DNA of 64,000 nucleotides, taken from a phage. Shown piece by piece: positions 10,836 through 21,423 of the stretch (within the stretch, counting starts at the first letter, position 1; each line of letters starts with the position of its first letter). A program made the translations under genes and the position numbers. The notes under the pieces were generated by a model. It was not told where the DNA came from. It ran no database searches and saw only the letters and a program-made list of their open reading frames with translations. The stretch lies in sequence record PZ179880.1. One strand, given 5' to 3'.

Positions 10836-12005
10836 TTAAAAATATTTTTTAAAACTCATCATAACTTTATCATCAACATCATTATCAATCTGTGCTACAA
10901 GGTAAGATGACAGTTCTACTTCTTGTGGTGCGGATTGAACATTATCAGAATTAAGGTATTCACGAATCCAAGGATATGGATGTTTAACCGGAGCATCGGT
11001 AATTGGGCATGGAAGACCACACTGTTTCATACGAGATACAGTTAAGTAATCAATAAAGCTCCACATGCTATTTGTATTTAATCCAGGAACATCACCATCT
11101 TTAAATAAATGAACCGCCCAGTCTTTTTCTTGGCGGTTAACTTCCATGAAAATATCAACTGCTTCTTGTTCACACTCTTGAGCAATTTTAACCCATTCAT
11201 CACCATCAGTGCCAAGTTGAAGTTGACGAATAATATATTGGGTGCCTTTAAGGTGAAGTTGCTCATCACGAGCAATGAACTTCATAATCTTGGCATTACC
11301 TTCCATGATTTCCATGTTCTTATGGAAGTTAAAGGTACATGCGAAAGATACATAAAAACGAATAGCTTCCAATGCGTTGATTACGTGCAGGCAGAGGTAA
11401 AGAGATTTCATTAGTGCTCGTTTAGTACATTCAACAACTTTGCCTAACTCTTCTTTACGAAATCCTTCTGATAAAATTCCTTCATAATCTTCAACCGCAT
11501 TCTGATATTCACGAGTCTTAACTAGAACGTCATCATAATAACGACCAATAGATTCAGCACGTTTCATGATAGCTTCATCTAGTACAATCTCATCAAATAC
11601 CTTCGATGGATCAGTATAAAGATTTCGCATGATATGGGTATATGAACGGCTATGAATAGTTTCACTAAAAGTCCATGTAGCAACCCATGTATCAAGACTT
11701 GGGTCTGAAATTAATGACATAAGTACTGCAGACGGTGCACGACCCTGAATGCTATCTAGAAGTGATTGATACTTCAGGTTGTTAGTAAAAATATCTTGCT
11801 GATACTGAGGAAGCTTGTTAAATTGTGCAGCATCCATCATTAAGTTTACTTCTTCAGGACGCCAGAAAAATGACAACTGCTTTTCGGTTAAATCTTCAAA
11901 AACTTTATGACGTTGAATATCATAACGCGCAATACCAAGACCTGAACCGAAGAACATAGGTTCTTTTAAAACATCAACTGGGTTTGTATTAAAAACTGTA
12001 GACAT
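10836..12005 (-). CDS. nrdB: ribonucleotide reductase small subunit
   Basis: 389 aa from MSTVFNTNP; di-iron/tyrosyl radical family; contiguous (no intron). Confidence 0.9.
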   Translation of the reverse strand: MSTVFNTNPVDVLKEPMFFGSGLGIARYDIQRHKVFEDLTEKQLSFFWRPEEVNLMMDAAQFNKLPQYQQDIFTNNLKYQSLLDSIQGRAPSAVLMSLISDPSLDTWVATWTFSETIHSRSYTHIMRNLYTDPSKVFDEIVLDEAIMKRAESIGRYYDDVLVKTREYQNAVEDYEGILSEGFRKEELGKVVECTKRALMKSLYLCLHVINALEAIRFYVSFACTFNFHKNMEIMEGNAKIMKFIARDEQLHLKGTQYIIRQLQLGTDGDEWVKIAQECEQEAVDIFMEVNRQEKDWAVHLFKDGDVPGLNTNSMWSFIDYLTVSRMKQCGLPCPITDAPVKHPYPWIREYLNSDNVQSAPQEVELSSYLVAQIDNDVDDKVMMSFKKYF

Positions 12006-12736
12006 TAATTTTTCCTCTTTAAAATTCTGCCGTGTTTCCAACCTGGCGGTATAATATCATCTTTACCTATAAGCGTGCATTCACTTCCATTATTAATCCA
12101 TTTCTTACCGCGGATTCCTTTATAATCTCTTGGTTTTATTTTGTCAAACTTTGCATCAAGTTGATATGACCATCTAAATCCATAAGCATATTGAAATTTA
12201 CCCTCGGCACAATATTTGATATTTGACCCGTTTCCATTAACTGACCGGGACGCTGCCGCAATAGAGTGAAAGGTTTCTATGAAATCCCCATCTAATGAGA
12301 ATTTATGTATTTCTATAGATGGGCATGCATATCTATTCACGTTTGATACATGCTGTTTAGTTTCGCTTTTATGGTGCTTGCCTAACATTCCTTTAGGATG
12401 AGGATTATTTTTCCAATATTTCTTAAAGAACTCAGAATTAGCTTTAGCAAATAATTTTCTGTGTAAGCTGTACAATCTGTTATTAATTCTATTGCCAGCT
12501 TTATCTGTTGCCATTAACGTTAACGCAGAGGCAAGCCCAAAATGGCCTTCATTTATCTTACATAGTAGTAAATGAGCTATAAAATGTTCTCTGGCTGTTA
12601 ATTCAACTAAATTTTCCTTATCATCAGAACCTCCCATACATCTAGGGATTATATGATGTGTCTCTTTATATTCTGATAAAGATTCCCGAGCCTGAGCTCG
12701 GGAAATTAGGTCATTATAGATTTTTTGATAATTCAT
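12005..12736 (-). CDS. HNH homing endonuclease with NUMOD-type DNA-binding modules (MobE-like position)
   Basis: 243 aa; HNH core HHIIPRCMGGSDDKENLVELTAREHFIAH; NUMOD3-like GMLGKHHKSETK; free-standing between nrdA and nrdB. Confidence 0.7.
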   Translation of the reverse strand: MNYQKIYNDLISRAQARESLSEYKETHHIIPRCMGGSDDKENLVELTAREHFIAHLLLCKINEGHFGLASALTLMATDKAGNRINNRLYSLHRKLFAKANSEFFKKYWKNNPHPKGMLGKHHKSETKQHVSNVNRYACPSIEIHKFSLDGDFIETFHSIAAASRSVNGNGSNIKYCAEGKFQYAYGFRWSYQLDAKFDKIKPRDYKGIRGKKWINNGSECTLIGKDDIIPPGWKHGRILKRKN

Positions 12737-15000
12737 TACAATTTACACGCTGCGCAATCATCGGCTTTTGGAGTTTCTATTTCGTAATCATCAGTACCGG
12801 AACCATCACGAGTATTATGATAATAGAAGTTTTTAATGCCATAATACCATCCGTATAGCATGTCATCAATCATTACAGACATTGGAACCTTTCCTTTTGG
12901 AAAAATCTGCGGGTCATAATATGTATTCGCTGAAGCTGATTGACATACCCATTTCAGCATAATAGCTACCTGCGTAAGATAAGGTTTATTGCCTTTCTTA
13001 GCTAATTTCCACGTATAATCATAGAGGTCTATGTTATGCTCAATATTGGGCACGACTTGATTAAAGGAACCCTCTTTTGATTCTTTAACAGAGACTGGTC
13101 CACGTGGAGGCTCGATACCGTTTGTACTGTTAGAAACTTGGGAAGATGACTCACATGGCATAAGTGCTGATAATGTGCTATTACGGATGCCAAAGAGCTT
13201 AAGGTCTTCCCGCAGCGACGACCAGTCACAAACGTATTTTGGAGCTGCGATTTGGTCAATCTTTTTATTGTACCAGTCGATAGGTAATTCGCCTCGAGAC
13301 CAACGAGTGTCTGAATAATATTCGCAAGGTCCTTTTTCTTTGGCGAGCTTAATGGATGCTTTAATGAGCCCATACTGTAATCTCTCAAATAGTTCATGTG
13401 TTAAATCGTTAGCATCTTCATAAGAAGCAAAGTTACTTGCCAGCCAAGCTGCATAGTTCGTAACACCAACACCGAGATTACGACGCTTTTTAGCTTTTAA
13501 AGCTTCTGGAACCGGATAATCTTGATAGTCTAACAGGTTATCAAGTGCACGTACTTGAACTTCTGCTAATTCATTAATTTTATCTTGGTCTTGCCAATCG
13601 AAGTTATCCAACACAAATGCAGATAACGTGCACAATCCAATTTCAGCATCAGGACTATTCACATCATTTGTTGGAATAGCAATTTCACAACACAAGTTAC
13701 TCTGGCGAATAGGCGCCTTTTCACGAATAAACGGAGTATAGTTATTCGTATTATCAATGAACTGCACATAAATCCTTGCTGTTCCTGATCGTTCAGTCAT
13801 GAGTAATTCAAATAGTTCACGGGCTTTAATACGCTTTTTGCGAATATTAGGGTCTTTTTCTGCTGCTTCGTATAATTCGCAGAAACGGTCTTGGTCTTTA
13901 AAATAAGAATAATAAAGCTCACCACCCATTTCATGCGGACTGAACAAAGTAATGTAATCGTTCTTTCCAAAACGTTCCATCATCAAATCATTCAACTGGA
14001 CGCCATAATCCATATGACGGATACGGTTTTCTTCTACACCTTTGTTATTTTTCAAAACGAGAAGATTTTCAACTTCCAAATGCCAAATAGGATAATAAGC
14101 AGTAGCAGCGCCGCCACGAATTCCGCCCTGTGAACATGATTTAACAGCAGTCTGAAAATGTTTCCAAAAAGGAATAACACCAGTATGACGCACTTCACCC
14201 ATGCCAATCTTAGAACCTTCGGCACGAATCATACCAACGTTAATACCAATTCCAGCACGTTTGGAGATATATTCAACAATTGAAGCAGAAGCCTTATTAA
14301 TAGACTTTAATGAATCACCTGCCTCAATAACAACGCATGAACTAAACTGCCGAGTTGGAGTACGGCAACCAGCCATAATAGGAGTTGGTAATGAAATCTG
14401 TCGAGTAGATACTGCTTCATAAAAACGAATAACATGTTTTAATCTATCAACAGGTTCATCTTGATGCAATGCCATTCCAATAGTCATAAATGCAAACTGA
14501 GGAGTTTCATAAATTTGACCAGTGGTTTTATCTTTAACGAGATATTTTTCTTTTAATTGCATCGCCCCGGAATAAGTAAATTCCATATCCCGCTCATGCT
14601 TAATTTTTGATTCTAAAAATGTAATTTCTTCTGCTGAATATTTTGACAACAATTCAGGGTCATATTTACCTTCATTTACGCAGTAAGAAATATGGTCAAT
14701 AAATGAACGTGGTTCATACTGCCCATAAACATGCTTACGAAGAGCGAACATTAAACAGCGCGCAGCTACGTATTGATAATCAGGCTCTTCAACTGAAATA
14801 GAATTCGCAGCAGCCTTAATGACAATAGTCTGAATGTCATCAGTTGTCATTCCATCACGGAGATATGATTTAATATTTTCATATAATTCATAAGGATCTA
14901 CAGATGTTCCTTCAGCTGCCCAAGATAAAACTTTAATAATTTTTTGCGGGTCAAAGCTCTGAGAAACACCACTACTTTTGATAACATTAATTAATTGCAT
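12736..15000 (-). CDS. nrdA: ribonucleotide reductase large subunit
   Basis: 754 aa; ATP-cone N-terminus and class I RNR catalytic motifs. Confidence 0.95.
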   Translation of the reverse strand: MQLINVIKSSGVSQSFDPQKIIKVLSWAAEGTSVDPYELYENIKSYLRDGMTTDDIQTIVIKAAANSISVEEPDYQYVAARCLMFALRKHVYGQYEPRSFIDHISYCVNEGKYDPELLSKYSAEEITFLESKIKHERDMEFTYSGAMQLKEKYLVKDKTTGQIYETPQFAFMTIGMALHQDEPVDRLKHVIRFYEAVSTRQISLPTPIMAGCRTPTRQFSSCVVIEAGDSLKSINKASASIVEYISKRAGIGINVGMIRAEGSKIGMGEVRHTGVIPFWKHFQTAVKSCSQGGIRGGAATAYYPIWHLEVENLLVLKNNKGVEENRIRHMDYGVQLNDLMMERFGKNDYITLFSPHEMGGELYYSYFKDQDRFCELYEAAEKDPNIRKKRIKARELFELLMTERSGTARIYVQFIDNTNNYTPFIREKAPIRQSNLCCEIAIPTNDVNSPDAEIGLCTLSAFVLDNFDWQDQDKINELAEVQVRALDNLLDYQDYPVPEALKAKKRRNLGVGVTNYAAWLASNFASYEDANDLTHELFERLQYGLIKASIKLAKEKGPCEYYSDTRWSRGELPIDWYNKKIDQIAAPKYVCDWSSLREDLKLFGIRNSTLSALMPCESSSQVSNSTNGIEPPRGPVSVKESKEGSFNQVVPNIEHNIDLYDYTWKLAKKGNKPYLTQVAIMLKWVCQSASANTYYDPQIFPKGKVPMSVMIDDMLYGWYYGIKNFYYHNTRDGSGTDDYEIETPKADDCAACKL

Positions 15001-15317
15001 AAGTCCTCAACTTGAAAATCGTCTTTAAACAATCGGTTAACTATATGAGCTATTATATCACCATGACACGGCTTTGGTTTACATGTGCATCCTAGCCTCA
15101 TTCCACGTAAAGGCTCTAAATGTGCTTTAGTTATTTCTCCGGATTTAATTCGACGTATAAAATCTTTTTTGAATAATTCAATGGCAGCCTCCCGGCTGCC
15201 AGCATCTTTACCGACGTAATTTCCCCAAAATGTACCACGGTGAATATTAACATCAAAGTCGGATTTATATTTATTCACTACCTGGCATAGACGGCCCGCG
15301 CGGTGATAATTCGTCAT
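14991..15317 (-). CDS. hypothetical protein (nrdA.1-like position)
   Basis: 108-aa ORF between td and nrdA. Confidence 0.5.
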   Translation of the reverse strand: MTNYHRAGRLCQVVNKYKSDFDVNIHRGTFWGNYVGKDAGSREAAIELFKKDFIRRIKSGEITKAHLEPLRGMRLGCTCKPKPCHGDIIAHIVNRLFKDDFQVEDLCN

Positions 15318-15534
15318 ATTGTTTTTCCGTTAAAACAGTAATATCATAGTAACAATCTGAAGAAGTTTTAACTGTAGAAATTTTATTATCAAAATACTCA
15401 CGAGTCATTTTATGAGTATAATATTTTTTGCCGTAAATGATAATAGGCTGATTTGGTCCTGGAACTTCTAACTCACTTGGATTAGGAAGTGTAAAAAGAA
15501 CTGCACCAGAAGTATCTTTAAATCGTAAAATCAT
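15271..15534 (-). CDS. hypothetical protein (nrdA.2-like position)
   Basis: 87-aa ORF. Confidence 0.45.
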   Translation of the reverse strand: MILRFKDTSGAVLFTLPNPSELEVPGPNQPIIIYGKKYYTHKMTREYFDNKISTVKTSSDCYYDITVLTEKQYDELSPRGPSMPGSE

Positions 15535-15557
15535 ATATCCTCACAATTAATAATTAA

Positions 15558-16418
15558 TTACACCGCCATTTTTCCTTTAATAGGAGGGTGTGATTCGTAA
15601 CCTTTAAGAACGAAATCTTTAGGCCTGAGTTTAAGAACATATTCCAATTGTTCTTTAGTAGAAAGATAGCGGAATTTATAAGGCAATCCGCCTATTACCA
15701 GTTCACAAAGCTCTTTAGGTTCACGACGCAAAATTTCTTTACATTGTTCTACGTGATTCATATAGATATGAGTATTACCGCCAGAAAATATCAAATCTCC
15801 TGGAATAAGATTACACATCTTAGCTACAATATGAACTAATGCAGCATATGATGCAATATTAAATGGAAGACCGAGGAAAACATCTACCGAACGTTGATAC
15901 CACTGCAAATCCAAATAGCCATTACGCACATTAAACTGATAGAACATATGACAAGGCGGTAATGCCATATATTTAAGTTCAGCTGGATTCCACGCCGACA
16001 CAATTTGTCGCCTATCATTTGGTAGTTTTTTAATACGATCAATAACTTCTACAATTTGGTCTACACCGCCAAAATCACGCCATTGTTTTCCGTAAATTGG
16101 ACCAAGTTCACCACTATGATATCCTAAATCTTTTGCTTGGTTTTCGTAATTTTCATCCCAGACTGTTTTGCCTTGAATTAATGAATCGTGTTGAATTAAT
16201 CGTAAATCATTGACATTTGTGCTTCCTGATAAAAACCAAAGTAGCTCAGCAATGCAAGCTTTCCAGGCGAGCTTCTTAGTTGTTACTGCAGGAAAACCTT
16301 TACTTAAATCCCAGCGCAATTTAGTACCGAACAAAGCAATTGTTCCTGTGCCTGTTCGGTCATCAGTTTCATAGCCATTTTCCAGGATATCTTTAATTAA
16401 AAATTGGTATTGTTTCAT
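15558..16418 (-). CDS. td: thymidylate synthase
   Basis: 286 aa, contiguous (no intron); ThyA active-site region ALPPCH. Confidence 0.95.
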   Translation of the reverse strand: MKQYQFLIKDILENGYETDDRTGTGTIALFGTKLRWDLSKGFPAVTTKKLAWKACIAELLWFLSGSTNVNDLRLIQHDSLIQGKTVWDENYENQAKDLGYHSGELGPIYGKQWRDFGGVDQIVEVIDRIKKLPNDRRQIVSAWNPAELKYMALPPCHMFYQFNVRNGYLDLQWYQRSVDVFLGLPFNIASYAALVHIVAKMCNLIPGDLIFSGGNTHIYMNHVEQCKEILRREPKELCELVIGGLPYKFRYLSTKEQLEYVLKLRPKDFVLKGYESHPPIKGKMAV

Positions 16419-16426
16419 TAGTTCAT

Positions 16427-17447
<1,021 letters not shown>

Positions 17448-17455
17448 ATTATCTC

Positions 17456-17791
17456 CTAATATAAAGGATCAGGAACATATCCACTGGCTTTAATCATTTT
17501 AATTAACGTTAACATTCCTTTATTAACTGCTCGTGAAATTTCATCAAAAACTTCATCACTAAAAAGTTCTAACACGCCCTTCTGAACTTTTAATTTACAG
17601 CCAACAATTTCGTCATCGCCTATAGTAAATTCGTTTCCGCCAATTCCGCCGAAAAACTTAATTGCACCAGTCAACTGCCTTCCACGAGAATATGGGTCGT
17701 GTGATAAAGTAATATGAGTCACCCCAGGTACAGTTTTAAATTGGCAGCGAATGTTTACTTGGGAAATTCCAGTTACATGAATGTCAGACAT
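17456..17791 (-). CDS. hypothetical protein (frd.2-like)
   Basis: 111-aa ORF. Confidence 0.45.
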   Translation of the reverse strand: MSDIHVTGISQVNIRCQFKTVPGVTHITLSHDPYSRGRQLTGAIKFFGGIGGNEFTIGDDEIVGCKLKVQKGVLELFSDEVFDEISRAVNKGMLTLIKMIKASGYVPDPLY

Positions 17792-17801
17792 AATATTTTC
17801 C

Positions 17802-18101
17802 TCAGACGGACTTTTTCACAATTTTCCAATCGGCTTTAAACTGTTCAACGTCAGAATGGTAAATCCAGAATCCTGCGCTTTCTCCATCCTCATAAAGAGG
17901 GCATCCATCACATTCATCTTCCCACCCCATGTCACGTAAAAGATGTTCAGCTTTTTCAACAAGTTCAGAATCTTTACCGATGATATTAAAATACCATTTA
18001 CCTTTAACTTCTGAATCTTTGATGCTCTGACGTTGTAATCTCATTTTATTCTCCTTAGTTGATAAGGCTATAGTATCACTACCATAGCCCGTTGTAAACA
18101 A
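17802..18101 (-). CDS. hypothetical protein (frd.3-like)
   Basis: 99-aa ORF downstream of early promoter ~18070-18099. Confidence 0.45.
   Translation of the reverse strand: MFTTGYGSDTIALSTKENKMRLQRQSIKDSEVKGKWYFNIIGKDSELVEKAEHLLRDMGWEDECDGCPLYEDGESAGFWIYHSDVEQFKADWKIVKKSV
18070..18099 (-). promoter_or_regulatory. early promoter with stem-loop
   Basis: GTTTAC, 18 bp, TACTAT; imperfect inverted repeat across the -10. Confidence 0.45.
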
Positions 18102-18404
18102 TTATTTTTGAATTTTATCGAGCCACTTACCAAGCTTAATCATTTCTTTAGTAGCCTTTTCCATACTTCTGAACTTAACCAATAGAGGATAGGTATCGAC
18201 ACCCATAACTAAACTGGTTACAAGACTGTGTTCACCCACAAGCCATAACGAATACGTTTGAATATCGAGTCCGTAATTTCTGTCTTTATGGACCCGTACA
18301 CCCATCACTTCAAATTTCTCACTAGCTTTTTCTACCGCATCCAGGAAATCATCTTTAGTCATATTAGGCCTTAAAAGTTTTTCGCAAAAGTTCAATGATT
18401 TCAT
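18102..18404 (-). CDS. hypothetical protein (100 aa)
   Basis: ORF. Confidence 0.4.
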   Translation of the reverse strand: MKSLNFCEKLLRPNMTKDDFLDAVEKASEKFEVMGVRVHKDRNYGLDIQTYSLWLVGEHSLVTSLVMGVDTYPLLVKFRSMEKATKEMIKLGKWLDKIQK

Positions 18405-18765
18405 CTACATTGTTTTCGTCTACAATGCAGTGAATTTTTGTTACGCCAGAAACCTTGTCTTCGACTTCATCTTCTTCAGAAGTCGGTTCTTTATACTCGC
18501 GGAAACAATAAAACTCTTCTTCACTAAGTTCAAAATAATCATCACCTATGCCATCATTATAATAGATTTCGCCATTAGCACAAATGATTTCGGTTACATA
18601 ATCAAAGCCATCTAAACTTGATATTGATTTAACTTCAAACCAACCGCCATTTTCTTGAATGATGCTGACCATATTAGCATTTGATGAACTAATATCAATG
18701 AAAGATTTAATACGGTGTGGATTTAACTCATATTTTTTGCCGATTTCCATTTTGATTTTCCTCAT
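18364..18765 (-). CDS. hypothetical acidic protein (start may be internal Met)
   Basis: 133-aa ORF. Confidence 0.4.
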   Translation of the reverse strand: MRKIKMEIGKKYELNPHRIKSFIDISSSNANMVSIIQENGGWFEVKSISSLDGFDYVTEIICANGEIYYNDGIGDDYFELSEEEFYCFREYKEPTSEEDEVEDKVSGVTKIHCIVDENNVDEIIELLRKTFKA

Positions 18766-18795
18766 TTTAACGGGACTGTAATAGCCCCTTGATAA

Positions 18796-19023
18796 TTATT
18801 GTTCAATCAGTCCCATATAAAATTCTGCGTCTTCAGAATCCATGCCATCACAGTATTCATTAGCCATAAAGCGGGTGAGGTCTTCAAGAGGACCTTCAAT
18901 AACGATTTGAATACTCCAAAACTTAGAATCTTGCACATTTGTGATTCTAAGTTCAGGATAACGATTACGAATAATTTCTTCAATATATTCAAAATCAACG
19001 ATGTCAATATCAACTTTAGCCAT
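18796..19023 (-). CDS. hypothetical protein (75 aa from MAKVDID)
   Basis: AGAGGAAA SD precedes ATG at 19021-19023. Confidence 0.4.
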   Translation of the reverse strand: MAKVDIDIVDFEYIEEIIRNRYPELRITNVQDSKFWSIQIVIEGPLEDLTRFMANEYCDGMDSEDAEFYMGLIEQ

Positions 19024-19057
19024 GTTATTTTCCTCTTTAATCATCAGCAGTATTGCC

Positions 19058-19096
19058 GATAGTTGTATAGTACCATAGAAGAGCAAGGATGTAAAC
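19058..19096 (-). promoter_or_regulatory. early promoter cassette (PeSL-type), copy A
   Basis: GTTTAC -35, TGGTACTAT -10, conserved leader CAACTATC; ~80 bp near-identical to 35380-35448. Confidence 0.55.
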
Positions 19097-19120
19097 CATT
19101 TTGTGAAAAAATTTTGAAAT

Positions 19121-19149
19121 AAAAAAAAAGGGGGACCTCTAGGGTCCCC
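19121..19149 (-). terminator. intrinsic terminator downstream of gene 32
   Basis: GGGGACC/GGUCCCC stem followed by U9. Confidence 0.7.
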
Positions 19150-19171
19150 AATTAATTAGTAATATAATCTA

Positions 19172-20080
19172 TTAAAGGTCATTCAAAAGGTCATCCAGGT
19201 CCGTGTCATCAGCACTAGATGAACTGTCAGAGCTTGAGCTCATAAAATCATCTTCAGTTTTTGTTTTGAAGTCATCAACATTGAATGCATCCAAATCATC
19301 AGCAACTTTATCAGCTTTCTTAGCGGCAGTTGCTGCGGCACCACCCATAGCAGCAGTTCCCATAACTTGACTGAACTTAGTGCTCAGTTCTTCAAACGAT
19401 TTGAATTTATCTTTAGAAGTCATTTCAGAAAGGTCAACCATTTGTTCGAACAGTTCTTTCTGGAAAGATTCATCATCAATGTTTGGAATCGCAGATTGAT
19501 TCAGGAATTTAGATTCGTCGTAGTTACTAAAACCAGAAACTTGTTTAACTTTCAGTACAAAGTTAGCACCTTCCCACGGACAAGTTACATCAACCGGAGT
19601 TTCACCCATTTCAACATCAACTGCAATCATTGCATTGATTTTATCCCAAATTTTCTTACCGAAACGGTATTTAAATACTTTACCTTCATTTTCTGGAGCA
19701 GCTGGGTCTTTTACTACAAGAATGTTAGCCCAGTAAGAAGTTTTACGTTTAACAAGACCATACTCTTTATTGTCAGTGTTGTACAAATCATTTTTACTGA
19801 TGTACTGACATACTGGACAAGAATCGTAATCACCGTGGGTAGATGAACAGTTTTCAATATACCATTTACCATTTTTCTTGAAACCGTGATTTACAAGAAT
19901 TGCGAATGGTGCTTGTTCATCATTTTTAGACGGAAGAAAACGAATTACTGCTTGACCGTTACCCGCATTATCGAGTTTCAGTTTCCACTCGCCTTTATCT
20001 TCAGAAGAAAAACCACCTTTATTTCCAGCCAGTTTAGCCATTTGTGCAGCGAGTTCAGCAGTAGATTTACGTTTAAACAT
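19172..20080 (-). CDS. 32: single-stranded DNA-binding protein gp32
   Basis: 302 aa; acidic C-terminal tail ending LDDLLNDL; UUAAA-repeat operator in leader; strong terminator downstream. Confidence 0.95.
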   Translation of the reverse strand: MFKRKSTAELAAQMAKLAGNKGGFSSEDKGEWKLKLDNAGNGQAVIRFLPSKNDEQAPFAILVNHGFKKNGKWYIENCSSTHGDYDSCPVCQYISKNDLYNTDNKEYGLVKRKTSYWANILVVKDPAAPENEGKVFKYRFGKKIWDKINAMIAVDVEMGETPVDVTCPWEGANFVLKVKQVSGFSNYDESKFLNQSAIPNIDDESFQKELFEQMVDLSEMTSKDKFKSFEELSTKFSQVMGTAAMGGAAATAAKKADKVADDLDAFNVDDFKTKTEDDFMSSSSDSSSSADDTDLDDLLNDL

Positions 20081-20112
20081 TTTTATTTCCTTTTTAATTT
20101 AATTAACAGTTG
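20081..20112 (-). promoter_or_regulatory. gene 32 translational operator (autoregulatory leader)
   Basis: mRNA leader ...UUAAUUAAAUUAAAAAGGAAAUAAAAAUG with reiterated UUAAA elements. Confidence 0.6.
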
Positions 20113-20154
20113 GTGCTATGACGATGTATGACCTCATAGCTGGTCAGTGAGATA

Positions 20155-20181
20155 ATTATAATCTATTTATAATAAGCAATT
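20155..20181 (-). promoter_or_regulatory. MotA-dependent middle promoter for gene 32
   Basis: Minus-strand AATTGCTTAT (MotA box), 12-bp spacer, TATAAT. Confidence 0.55.
20164..20171 (-). promoter_or_regulatory. late promoter-like TATAAATA upstream of gene 32
   Basis: Exact TATAAATA on minus strand inside the gene 32 middle-promoter spacer. Confidence 0.45.
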
Positions 20182-20833
20182 AATACTTACAAGATTTCAC
20201 AGTTTCAATGAAAACACTTTTGGCTTTCTGCGAATCAATATTTAAAATTTTTCTATAAGCCTTTAACTTTATAGAATAATTATTCCAGACTAAATTATCA
20301 GTCTGTTCATCATGTTTATCAATTATATTTAAAAACGAATCAAGCAAGATAAACGTCTCAAACGAAATTATATTCGATTGAAGTAGTTTAAAAATATAAC
20401 TTGATTGAACTTTTGGATTATACTCAAAGATTTCTTTAAAAGCAGAAACTTCAACTTTTTTACTAAAATAGTAAATATTGCGAATATCTTCTTCAAACTT
20501 AAATTTAATTTGCTTTAAGCGTCCGATATATTCACGATAAAACACAAGTGCATCAGCGTCAGAGATGTCACCAATCCAAGCATCTTGGTTAGCAACAAGA
20601 TTGCTTATAAAGATTAAAGCAAGTTCCTTTAATTTATATTTTTCTGATAACTTCTGGAAAAAATACTTATCCCTTCGCTTTTGATAAGCGGCATCAGACA
20701 CCCGCATGCACCAATTATACTTAATTACGTCATACTTTCCATTCATATGTTGTTTTATCATTAAGTATAATTTATAAACTGATTTACCATCAATATATCT
20801 TTCACCACCAGCAGGCATGCGGAGTTTAATCAT
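20180..20833 (-). CDS. 59: helicase loader gp59
   Basis: 217 aa, synteny 33-59-32. Confidence 0.85.
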   Translation of the reverse strand: MIKLRMPAGGERYIDGKSVYKLYLMIKQHMNGKYDVIKYNWCMRVSDAAYQKRRDKYFFQKLSEKYKLKELALIFISNLVANQDAWIGDISDADALVFYREYIGRLKQIKFKFEEDIRNIYYFSKKVEVSAFKEIFEYNPKVQSSYIFKLLQSNIISFETFILLDSFLNIIDKHDEQTDNLVWNNYSIKLKAYRKILNIDSQKAKSVFIETVKSCKY

Positions 20834-21168
20834 AGCAGAAAATCTAAGGTATTAGTTTTTTCACAACGAACAACAGAAGGACGTAAAAGATTTTCGTCAA
20901 TAGCTTCTGACTGAATTTTTTCAATTATACCCGAAGGAATAAATTTAGCAAATTGAGTTTCAGGAATAGAATTTTCTTCCAAGAATGCTGTTGTAGCTTC
21001 AAGATAACTCATTCCAAACTCTTCTACCATTTTTTCAATAATAAATCCATTTTCTTGACGGTCAAGAAGCTTTGCAATTTCATCCTTTTCTTTCTTAATT
21101 GAAAGTTCTTTTTCTGAAAGACCGGTCTCATCGACCGGACGAATATCATTTAGAGAAAACTGTGTCAT
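20830..21168 (-). CDS. 33: late transcription accessory protein gp33
   Basis: 112 aa from MTQFSLN; ATGA overlap with gene 59. Confidence 0.8.
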   Translation of the reverse strand: MTQFSLNDIRPVDETGLSEKELSIKKEKDEIAKLLDRQENGFIIEKMVEEFGMSYLEATTAFLEENSIPETQFAKFIPSGIIEKIQSEAIDENLLRPSVVRCEKTNTLDFLL

Positions 21169-21415
21169 AAAGTTCAACTACCTCTTCGGTTTCAGCTTCA
21201 AACACATCACGGTTATCTTTATGATACAAAGCTAATAGACGATTAAACATCTTACCATCAACACCAAGTTCATCTTTGGCACGAATTCGAATGTCTTTAA
21301 TCAATTCATTATAACCAGAAATTTTCAGTTTATGATCAGATGCTTCTTTGATAAATTTGGCCAAGTCTTCGCTATGAATAGCTTCGTCAAATTCAACCAT
21401 TTCTTTTTTAGCCAT
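21146..21415 (-). CDS. dsbA: dsDNA-binding protein DsbA
   Basis: 89 aa; synteny rnh-dsbA-33. Confidence 0.75.
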   Translation of the reverse strand: MAKKEMVEFDEAIHSEDLAKFIKEASDHKLKISGYNELIKDIRIRAKDELGVDGKMFNRLLALYHKDNRDVFEAETEEVVELYDTVFSK

Positions 21416-21423
21416 TATTCACC

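Noticed and set aside
13029-13397. 122-aa minus-strand ORF inside nrdA in another frame
   Set aside because: Fully nested within the 754-aa nrdA frame; no start-site signals; nrdA reading frame is unambiguous.
15558-16418. Group I introns in td or nrdB, as found in T4
   Set aside because: td (286 codons) and nrdB (389 codons) are each uninterrupted at the expected protein length; no intron-sized insertion or intron-encoded endonuclease ORF is present within them.
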